From contig OZ076409.1 in assembly GCA_964187785.1 (NCBI GenBank), positions 82,462,001 through 82,526,000 of the forward strand: 64,000 nt of DNA, in the 5' to 3' direction. The notes below the pieces were generated by a model that did not search any database, was not told the origin of the DNA, and worked only from the letters and a program-made list of their open reading frames with translations. The translations under genes and the position numbers were made by a program. Below are positions 53,813 through 64,000 of this stretch, piece after piece. This DNA is from Amphiscolops sp. MND2022 (lineage: Eukaryota). The number at the start of each line of letters is the position of its first letter. The first letter of the stretch is position 1.

Positions 53813-56800
53813 CATGTGTTGACCCTGAGATGGGTGCAACTCGTTCAATGTAGTTGACCTCGATGTCGAGGCTTGATTTTCAGGTTCGTAGAGATCTACT
53901 ATAGGATTTTCAGATCTAGGTGGATGGCCGGACAATGAATCTATTTTTGAAGATAGATTCTCGATCATTTTCAGAATTTCCCTTTGCCCAGTCTCGGCAT
54001 CTTTTATCCTTCTACCAACTGATTTTTCAATTTTCTCGGCGATTTCGGAGAAATCACGATCAGAGATACTGGGTACATTTTCAGTCCTTTGGCTAGCTGC
54101 CTCAGGTTCACCTAGTGAGCTGGATACTGAATCCCTTCTGGCTTTCCTTTTAGAGGATCTTTCGGGCCTTTTGGAGTTCAAGCTTACAGGTTCAAACTAT
54201 TCGACAAGGAATGAAGAAAGGTTGAGATTTTTAATCTTTAATTGAGTTTTTGTAACAAGAGAAACAAAATTGCTTTACAGAAAGCGGTTATTGAATTTTC
54301 AGAACTTATCAAAATTATTTTCAACTGCAATTATTTAACTTTTCCAAGTATATATACCTGTCACCCACGTGAAGCGGGGAAAAATCCCTACCACTTTCAC
54401 GCTTTATTCAGCCCGGCGTCCTTCCAAGGCGGAGAAACCGGAAGGTCGGTTCCGCTTTGTCGAACTCAGGCTCTCAGTTTGTTCATGCTCTCCGAGGAAA
54501 GCACGCGACTCCGCTTCCCTTCACATCCAATTCCCGCCTTTTCAGGACGCCGAAGCTGAAGTCAGCAACAAAATGAGCGATGATTCAACATTTCGCTCTT
54601 TAAAAGCGGGAAAGATGAAATTAAAGCAATGACAATTATGGAAATTAGAAATTCCCCAAAACGATTTAACTGATTTAAATATTACTTCAGATAATAGTTA
54701 TTTCAACGAAACTGCACTTAGGCTCGTAAAACCACTCATGGGAGCATGAAAACACAGATTAGATATGAAAGGAAAAGGCTCGGTCTCAGGTTGAGGTCCG
54801 AGACGGTTAGGGCAAAATAACTGATTTCCCAAAAATAGCAACGACTAACAATTTTGTGATTTAAATCAACTTGGGGATACGATTCAGGTCATTTCTCAAT
54901 CCAGTTAAATGGGGATTAATTTTAAAAGGGCAGTACAAATCATTAATAGTGATTAAATAGCTAAAGCCAAAGATTTAATTTCCAGGCCGTGGTCTAGGCC
55001 GTGGTTTAATGCATTCAGAGTTAAGTATTGCTACATGAATAAATGGTCACAAATTGCATGTAATCAACCATTAATTCTTACGATACTGCGTATTTGGATT
55101 GTGGTTTCACTGATGGGACGATGGATAATCGGGAGCACCGATATTTTTACTTTTAGGATGGATTTGGATAAACCTGATTTCAGGCCGGGTCCTGGGCTAT
55201 AGTTTATTACATTTAATAATTAATCTTGGTTTACATGGGTGAATAGCATTACACAACACTCTTGACCGTTATTCAATCGTTATCCATTGTGGGTGTTTAG
55301 TTATCGGGTAAAAATCATCAACCATTTTAACAATTTCCATTTCTACAATGGATTTTATAAATTTACATTTCAGGCCACTTCCTGGGCCGCGGTACATTGC
55401 TTCCAGTTAAAACCAATACAACTTGTACATCACTCAGGGAATTACATGTAAATCATCACATTAGTTGTCTTTGTTTGCATCAACACTTTTACATGTAATC
55501 ATTTAATAGCGCGTTCACTGCTGCATAGTGTTAAATAGCTCATTCCATTTTCAGGCCGCTTGCCAGGCAGCCGCTTCACTGCGCAAATCTGAGGCCGGTC
55601 GCCAGGCCGCGCTTCTGTCATTAATCTTTCAAGCCGTTTGCTGAGCGGTGTGATTCTATTACTATTAATAATATAGCACTGTATTATTATTATTATTAAC
55701 TGCACTAATAGCTCCGTATTTGTTGGTACACTGTGTGTGTATGAATATAGTCTTGTATGAAATTATGTAATTATTAGTATTTATACATATATGAATATAA
55801 TTTTAGCTCCAAGCTGATTTAAAGTAATAATTTATAATAGTAGTAAATTAGTTGTATGTTAGTTATTTCACTTGCCTTTTCTTCTGTTTCGGTCTAATTT
55901 CAATTTCCTTCTTCGTAGACCGCGCTTATTGTGTGACAGGTTTCACAGCTTAGCTGGGGCTGTGACAGAAGCGATGAAGCAAAAGTTAGATATCTGAATT
56001 AAAGGAACAATGTGTACAAGATAAACTGCCCCCATGTCCAATTTGTGAACGATGCTTTAGATTTTTGGTTTCTGACAAACCAAAGGCGAAGAAATTACAT
56101 AATTTTAAACCTGCGATAATGGAACTTGAAAGACCTTCAAGTTCTATATTTTTCGAGTACATTTTCTACATACTCAGTTCAATATTTTCTCGTTTTGTTA
56201 TGCAATAGACGTTAGGTTTTTTATTATTTTGAAGGCGAATCAACAGAAGGGAAAATACCCCGGCTCAACTGTCTCCCTTCAGCAGTTTAAAAGCCACCCA
56301 GTTGTCTCAGAAAGTGCCGAAACATCGGGAGGGTCTCTACAAATAGACTTTTGATTTTTTTCTAACCAGAAAATAAGAAGACGACGCTCACTTTCTTGTT
56401 TTCTCACGCGAAACATCAAAGAGCCAAATCGAGAACCCTTAATTGAAAAGGAAGTGTTTCCAAAAAAGATGGCATAATGTCAAAAAACTCAACCTTGAAC
56501 TTAAAACGCTTTTTCTAATCCAAAAACATGAGAAAAAAAGGACAGTTCCAAGAAAACATTATAATCCCTTTTCAACACGAACAAGGAATTTTCAACCTGT
56601 ATATCAAACTTTTTTAGCGTTTTGGCTCGTGTTAAGACATAGCGACCTATTGCGGATTGAAACAGCACGAAAAAACACGACGAAAAACCACTTTATAAAC
56701 GTGTTTCATTTCAAAAGCAAAAATCTGAAGGTGGAAGTTTTTCTTTTAAAAAGTATCAATCGACAAATACTTGTGTTGCCAATAGATACTTCTGCGAATT

Positions 56801-57147
56801 TTCGATTGATTTTTCATTCGAAACTTTTGTTCCATTTCCATGTTTTAAACTGATCCCTCAGATCTTTGTAAAACCAGCCATCGCAGTACCACATTCCGTG
56901 ATGTTTTAATATTTCCCCAATTTTGATTTGTTATGTTCTTCAGTTTTTTTCCGCTCATGTTTCTATTCGGGAAAATTTGGAGGGGCGTTTTTTAGTATTT
57001 TACCAGTTTACCATTTTTTGGGAACGATTTTTTTAAAGGTAAAAGTGCTTTTCTAGAAAGTGTCCTCTCAAAAACGCCAGAAAAAACAAAAGCTAAGTTT
57101 TGTACTTTTCACCCGTGGCATTTTGGAAAAGGCCGCAGGCGATGGAA

Positions 57148-60100
57148 TGTAATGGCACCCTCTAAGACAGCAGAATCCGTCGATATTGGAATTTGGAATT
57201 TGAACATGTTCTGAAAGTTTTTGAAAAATTCTAATTCGATGATTGACGTGGCACTGAGCATGTGGTTGCTCTTTTCGCTGTTTCAACGAAATTGGCAGGT
57301 ACTTCGACAACAAAGAGCAAAGATCAAGAAAAAACATAAGCAAAGCCGCCCAAACAGAGGCCAAAGACTGCAAAAACCTCTGAAATTAGACTCTTTTGGT
57401 GCTAACACCCGGTTTTTCTAGTTTTCAGCAGTATGCTACCTTATGTAGCGAAAATAGCAAAACGAGTCTTTTTGGCTAATTTACGAATTAGTGCCTGTCG
57501 TGGTGCCCCAGCTTACGAGCCGAATGTGGATATTGCCAAATAATTGTTGTGGACGAGCAGATTGTACATTGTTGTGATTTCAGAGCTACTTTTTGTGGAT
57601 TTTGGTTCTTATTCCCCAAGTCACCCTGAATAGCGAAGTTTACCATTATATTTCCACTTGTAACGTTTTCAAAGGCTGTCTAAGCGGTAGTTTCGAAGAC
57701 AAAGCGTAATTCACGTTACTGACAGCAATTAAAGACTGGATCAGCCCGGCGAGTACGCTTTACGAGGCGGGACAGCCTTCTGAGGGTACAATTTTTATCC
57801 CTGGAGGCGCCAATCCCGGGCAAATGCCCATACCAGGAGTTCCTCCATCTTCACCGACGGAAGCACGGGTGACGGGATGTTTCCGTTACATGAAGAAATC
57901 CATTTTTGGCGACCACAGAGGGATCGCCTCAGAGTACTTTCCTTTACGATTATTAAAAGTGCGGGCCTCTGGTACTTGACGCCAAGTACGACCTGGCTCT
58001 GGAAGAAGGAGATGCTAACCCAGAGTTTTTCCCACATTTTTAGAAGGTTTGAAGTATTGACATGTTTTCTGTGGCAGGTTTCTGTCGTTGTTCAGAAGAC
58101 TTTTCCAAATACTGATGATGATTTTGTAACAGGTATTTGCTGACAGGTATAGTCAAATTGCAAGGTTCCCATCAGCGGGTCCTCTTGTAAAACGCAGAAG
58201 ACAGTAGCAAGTCGCTACTGGTGTTCAAACAGTGTTTCTAGCTGTTTTCAGTGATTTGCGCTTATGTACGAGAGGATGCGCTATTGTCCATCCGACCGAT
58301 ATGTGAGCAGAAACGAGTGCTCCCGACTATCCTTTCCCATCTCTCGTAGAGACGTCCAAGAGAGATGGTTTTTGATGGAAACGTAGAGCAAGTGCTAAAG
58401 GGTCCAAATAGTTTGGCTCTAGCTGATCTGGGTCTTGAGAAAAAAGACAGCGAAGGTACCACCTCTGATGCACGTAGAATCGGCTTTTTGGAGTATGGTA
58501 TGAATATTTTTGATTGCGTAATTCTTCATTGAGAATCATTTGGTTATATTCATTTCCCCTATTGCAAATGAGTTTTCAGTGAAAAAGTACGAATTTTGTG
58601 CAAAAGCAGCTAGAACTCTTTCCGTGCTAGGAGCGCGAGCGTTCTGGGTATTAGCCTCAGCTGTTGCAATACTGAATAAAAAGTAGCCTAGAACCTCAAG
58701 ATAACCGACACATATAGCAGTGACAAATGAAAAGGTCGTTGCAGCATTTTTTCAGAAGCATTTTGTACGAAAATTCCCGTTTTTGTGTTTTTGGCAAAAA
58801 ACCACCTAAAACTGTCACTCGGAGAGTACCGTATAGTAGTTTAATTGCCTCTCCCGTGTTGATAAAAGCTTGGACCACCTTCCAAGGCACTCAAAGAGAC
58901 GTTTAAGCAGTTTTTTACGTTTTTGTATTTAAAAAAATTGAAAAACCTTGGTTAACCAAAGTTGATAAAAGCTCTCAGACGTTTCGAACTCAGAGATAGC
59001 AAAAACTGCCAAAATATTGCAAAACTGCAGGGCTGTCGATGCCTAATACCTATCGGGCACAGCCAATTGGGGCATCGTCTCAGTGCTATGGCTAGTAGGG
59101 CAACACGTTGGCTCTCTTCTACTAGCCATAGCACTTTTTGAAGTGACCCACGTAGCCAATTTGTAAAACAAACGAGAGAATAAAATAGCGTTTTTTTTCG
59201 GAAGTAGTTTCTGTTTATGGTCGCAACCTCAACTTAGCATCTGTGCTTGCGTTTAGATATTCGACTAGCATTTTGGTTACTTACTGGCAGTGACTACCAA
59301 GTTTGGCGTTGATTGGTATATTACTTGTTGGGAATATGACGAAAGCAGACTGCACAAAAAGGTGCGCAAAAAGGCGAGTTTCTTGAAACTTTTTGAACTA
59401 GCATGAACACCTTAGTCAAAAAGTGGGTCCTAATGGCTACCCACTATTGTTATCTGAGCTGATTACGATATCGTTGCCGAAAAAACGAGCTTGTTAGCTC
59501 TTCGCAGTGGACCGAGATCTTTGATTAGACGTGAAAAACAGTGCATATTAGATACATATAACGCTGGGGCACCACCACAGTGATACCGAATGTCTGTACT
59601 GTACCGAAACCTCACCCAGTCACCCTAGCCCAAATAGGCGGTTGTTCCTGTGTACCTCATCTTACGTGAGATTGCGTGGCAGATTTTGCGGCCTATCCTA
59701 CGTTTCTAGCGTGAACGCTAGCCTCTTACGTTTTTTCAAAAGAATTTGAAAAACCCAAAAAATAGGAAAAATCATTCTGATATATCGCTGGTCCCCAATA
59801 CCAAAATTCCTAACTCCCTTTTTGGGTCAATACATCAGTCTTGAAGTGCTGTATACCTTGCAGCACGCTACAACCCTTGTAAGCAATTTCGACACCTCTC
59901 GGAATACATATATATTGTTCCAGTTTAAGTTTCACCGAGACGAAAACTGCGAAAGTGAGTTCAAAGACAGGGATACGTGTTGGAAACCTGTTTTACCCCC
60001 CAAGTGTGAACTGCTTATCATGAACCTACTGCTATTTGTCTGTATTTTGGTCAGTATCGAGTGTGCTACTGCGTTGGATCATAGTATTTTGTTACTTACT

Positions 60101-63100
60101 GTTGTGATGTACTGTGTATTGTAACGAGTTGTACCAATTCTTGGAGTTATTGACGCACCTCATCAAAAAGTTGGGACTAGTTTGCTCTGGACCATTGGTT
60201 TCAGCGTCATTTGGTGCATTTTTGCTGGAAAAGTGAGCTTGCGAACTCAGCACTGTGGACGAGAGTCTTTATTTGCACGTGAGAAATCGTGTCAATCGAG
60301 ACACCGTGATACGGAACGTCAGGGCCAGATCTAGTTTTCGCCCAGTAACCCTAACTGAAAATGGTGCTTAATGTAGTGTACCTGGCTACACGTGGGTTCG
60401 TGTTACCAATGTTGAGCCCAATCCTACAGTTACAGCCTTGGCACGAGCCCATTGATTGTTTTTCGAAAAGTTTTGAAATTCAAAACAATCCTTGAAAAGG
60501 CTTTGTGCTGTGAACTTTGGGCAAGGGACAACTGCTAGAAGAGTTTGTAAATATTTTCAGACACGCACTTCAGTGAGAACCCCAGGAAAACCATCGAAAA
60601 CCGAACATTGTAAAACGTCAATACTCCCGCTGTACCGGTGGCAGGGACAAAAAGCGTTTATTTTTCAACAGTAGAGACCTATTAGGCCTCTTTGTTAGCT
60701 AACGAGGCAAGTCCCACGGTTCAAAAAATTGCGGGCAAGGGTCACAAACGTTTGACTCCATTTGAGCATTAGGTGTTGACTTTCGTAGGCCCGAATCGAA
60801 CGTTTTTATGTGCCCACGGGCACTCGGGCCAATTTTTGAACGAATTACCTCTAGACGTTACGAGGTGAGTCTGCAGAGGGTTTTGAACACCTAGAAAAAA
60901 CGCTGGCGGATCAGACATAACCAAAAGTTTGTCATTTTTAGAGAAGCAACTTCATAGCGACATAAACTTTGCAGGACTCTTCAACTGTTAAACCTCTTCT
61001 GACCGCTTTAGTGCCCTAATTTGGTGTTATTATGTTGTGTCAAGTAGCACGATTACCAGACATCACGTCAGTTGTGCAGACAACACTCTTGAGTGTCTAC
61101 AAAACACTCAAATTTTTGAAGTTGAGAGGTCAACAAAAAACTTCACCGTTTTTTTGCCGTACATAATTCAAAAGTACTGGAGTAGTTTGCCTACAAGTAA
61201 CTTTTTTCCAGTTCAAGGAGCAGCGTGTATAGTGCTGTGTAGTTTTCAGCCCAAAACTGACCCTAGAACCTGTTTTGACGAACTTCATTTTCCAAAGAAA
61301 AAGCGAATACCAAACAAGTTCTGGTCAAAATGAACTACTTCTGGACGATAAGCTCCCATTTTTTAAGAAACCCCTGCGACGAAAACTGTAAAGAAGCAAA
61401 CTAGTGAAAAGCTCATGAGCACTGAAATCAAGTCTAAGATGTCATGTGAACAGAATAAACTACAATCTCGAGTTATAACCCCTGATGTGTTGCCCGGTGA
61501 CTTGTTGGCTGTGAAGCGAGCAGAAAATATGGCCACTGCAAAACCACGTCAACAGTGCACCCTCTCCTGGTTTTCCAGAACGCTCAGTTCCATGGTTGCA
61601 TCTAAGTGGTGAAACTTGACATGGCCTGTCACATTCTGGCAAGGTCATATCGTTATCACCCACCACTTTCTTTGCAAAGGGGAAGAGAGGGTAACCTCAA
61701 CTCCAAAGTATGGCTTTGCAACAGACTGCCAAACGAGGGACCTAACTGTAAATTCTGTGTTGAAAGCTGAGGCCTTGAAAGCATCAGCACCAAAATTATT
61801 TGAATATCCATAGACGAATTCCTTGATTTTGGCTAGCAAGTCTCGCACCCCTGGAACAAAGTCCCTACTATCAACTTCTCAGTTGTTGCCAATTATAACG
61901 GAAGAAAAATATCAGCCAAGATTTACTGCCAAACATGGTCTGCGCGTCTTTCAGACAGACCCAAAAGTCCTCATGACAGGCTTGCCTGGTAGTTCCGCCA
62001 AAACTCGACCACTTGGAAATAGGTGTCGTTGTTCGCCACGCTTATTTACAGAATCCCTTCATCCAGCAAGGTCTGACCGCCCGAATGGTCATCGGCGTGG
62101 CCGCCCTCCAAATATCCCACATTTGAGAGAAAACTAATGTCAATACTGTCGACACCAAATCGAAATCATTGAAGAGCCATGTTCAAGGGTTAAGGTCCAG
62201 GGAGTCCCATGGAAAGATAGCACCCTGATTCTCCACGATCCATGCTGACCACCCACGGAAGTTGTCACTACCTAAAGTAATGAACTCCTGACCGCAGTTT
62301 CGTTTTACTCACTCGACTCTGATGAAAGCAAACAGAACCTGGTACCAAAAATTTTCAGGTTTTTCTCAATTAGAATTTCACTGAATGTCATCAGTTATTG
62401 TGTTCATGGCTACCGGCAAAGTCGCCTAAGAAACAAAAAAATACAAAAAAATTCTTAACAGTGCAAATTTGGCCAGAAAAGTGGTCTTTGTCACGATATA
62501 TCTGTCGTTGCTTTATTTCATAGTTTTTTTATCAGTTTATTTTTCTATGTAGTTCCACTCCTCGGTGATTCAATGTCAATTTTCTTTTGATTCAGTGGTT
62601 TTTATCCGGGATGACTCATTTAATGGAGCACATGACCTCCAAAAGTTTGATTTGCAGAATCTTGTCTATCTTTCCCTCAGTGTTATTTCTCACGAGCAGT
62701 TCGTAATTGGCCTTTGATACACACCTTAACAGAAGCTACTGAACTTTGTATTGGTATGGAGCTGCACATTAGTGCGTGCTGCCCAAACCTAGCCAAACGG
62801 TGAGCAAGAAATATCAGGAACCGTTTGATTTCCTTTTAAAGGTTTACCGAAAACAACTTTTACCTGGTCTGCAAACTGAATTTTTACTGGCGCGGAAAAG
62901 AAGTTTTCGAGATAAACCGCTTTGAAGAGTCTCAGAGCTCCAAACAGGTTCTTCAGCTGCAAAAAAATCACAGTGCTATTGAGATCCAATTCGAATTCAG
63001 TGGAGAAATTTTGTGCCAACTGATGTCAATAGTTTGATATATAGATTAATGATTTTGATTTGTTTGAAGGTGCAAATTTGAGTTCTCGTTTTCTAAGTCA

Positions 63101-63638
63101 AGGGCCTGCTCCAGTCAAAGTCCCTGTGGATTTCAAAGTTGATGTGGAGATGTCTTCAAAGCTAACAATCCCGCATGACAGGGACGTCATGCCTAAGATC
63201 TGGGGAATGATGTAATGGCACCCTCTGAAACAACAGAATCAGTCGATATTGGCATTTGGGATTTGAACAAGTTCAGAAAATTTTTTAAAATATCTAATTC
63301 TTTGATTGAAGTGGGACTGAGCATGTGATTGCTCTTTTCACTGTTTCAACGAAATTGGCAAGTACTTCGACAACAAAGAGCAAAGATCGGGAAAAAACAT
63401 AAGCCAAGCCGCCCAAACAGACGCCAAAGACTGCAAAAACCTCTGAAATTAGACTCTTTTGGTGCTAACACCCGGTTTTTCTAGAGTTCAGCAGTATGCT
63501 ACTTTTTGTAGCGAAAACAGCAAATTGATCTTTTTGGCTAATTTACGAATTAGTGCCTGTGGTGGTGCCCCAGCTTATGAGCTGAATGTGAATGTTGCCA
63601 AATAATTGTTGTGGACGAGCAGATTGTACATTGTTGTG
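57148..63638 (+). mobile_element. Old LTR-like element (direct repeats 57148-57577 and 63211-63638)
   Basis: ~430-bp diverged direct repeats, both starting TGTAATGGCACCCTCT; purine tract GGGGAATGA precedes the second; second copy cut by a HINE at 63639; interior has no recognisable pol. Confidence 0.55.
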
Positions 63639-64000
63639 TTTTTAGTCGGCGCCTTTTCCCTTAAGGAAAAAAGCCCGACTCTTACATTGAGTAGTTTTTT
63701 TTTCAGTTGACAATCTCACTCTGAGTGGTCCACTTTTCTTGCAATTTTTGTTCATCTTTCATATTTGTTCATCTTTCATCTTCGACCCAGCCGGAGAGCG
63801 TGGGTTCGAATCCCGCACTAAACCATAAATTTTTTAATGAGTTTTTCGGCATTGTGCGACCTAAAAAATACTTTTTTTCGAAAAAAAATCAAATTTTTTC
63901 TTTGAAAAAAAATTTTTTTTCCAAATTTTTCCAATAGTTGTTCCTTGAATATTTTTGAGTTTAAGATATGGCGCCGACTTGGGACGTTCCCGTCTTGTTT
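63639..64000 (+). mobile_element. Helentron-like non-autonomous repeat (HINE)
   Basis: TTTTTAGTCGGCGCC...GCCCGACT at 5' end; GGCGCCGACT subTIR plus GGGACGTTCCC hairpin and CTTGTT at 3' end. Confidence 0.7.

Larger units (their letters stand above)
48893..55967 (-). mobile_element. Non-autonomous LTR retroelement with long LTRs (LARD-like)
   Basis: Near-identical LTRs 48893-51061 and 53815-55967 (TGTGTTG...GTGACA); perfect 5-bp TSD GAAGC at 48888-48892 and 55968-55972; no intact gag-pol in the 2.75-kb interior. Confidence 0.93.

Noticed and set aside
53797..53814. Intact tRNA primer-binding site for the 48.9-56 kb element
   Set aside because: Beyond TGGT the sequence is the inverted RNase H fragment, not an evident tRNA complement
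63790..63825. tRNA gene (GGTTCGAATCCC)
   Set aside because: Only a T-arm/B-box-like motif; no cloverleaf, and it is embedded in a multicopy repeat
1..64000. Most short ORFs in the supplied track as genes
   Set aside because: F/K/L-rich translations of AT-rich introns and repeats, many with TTG/GTG starts not applicable to a eukaryote

Overview
AT-rich eukaryotic (animal-like) genomic DNA with spliceosomal introns; no prokaryotic operon, rRNA, tRNA or CRISPR is supported. The main feature, assembled by hand from splice sites, is one + strand gene of 18 exons spanning 2085-43042 (4,092 nt CDS, about 1,363 aa). It encodes a signal peptide, roughly 25 Cys/Thr-rich EGF-like modules (largely alternating two subtypes, on phase 1-1 exons), a C-terminal Ly6/uPAR (three-finger) domain and a short hydrophobic tail. 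The model needs a 5-nt microexon (36929-36933) and probably a GC-AG intron. The rest is transposon-derived: a decayed Gypsy element in intron 14, a 2.2-kb solo LTR in intron 4, a 7-kb non-autonomous chimeric LTR element whose LTRs carry a gag-like ORF, a third decayed LTR-like element, about 8 Helentron-like (HINE) repeats, several MITEs and a degenerate ~184-bp tandem array. All calls are by eye, with no database search.
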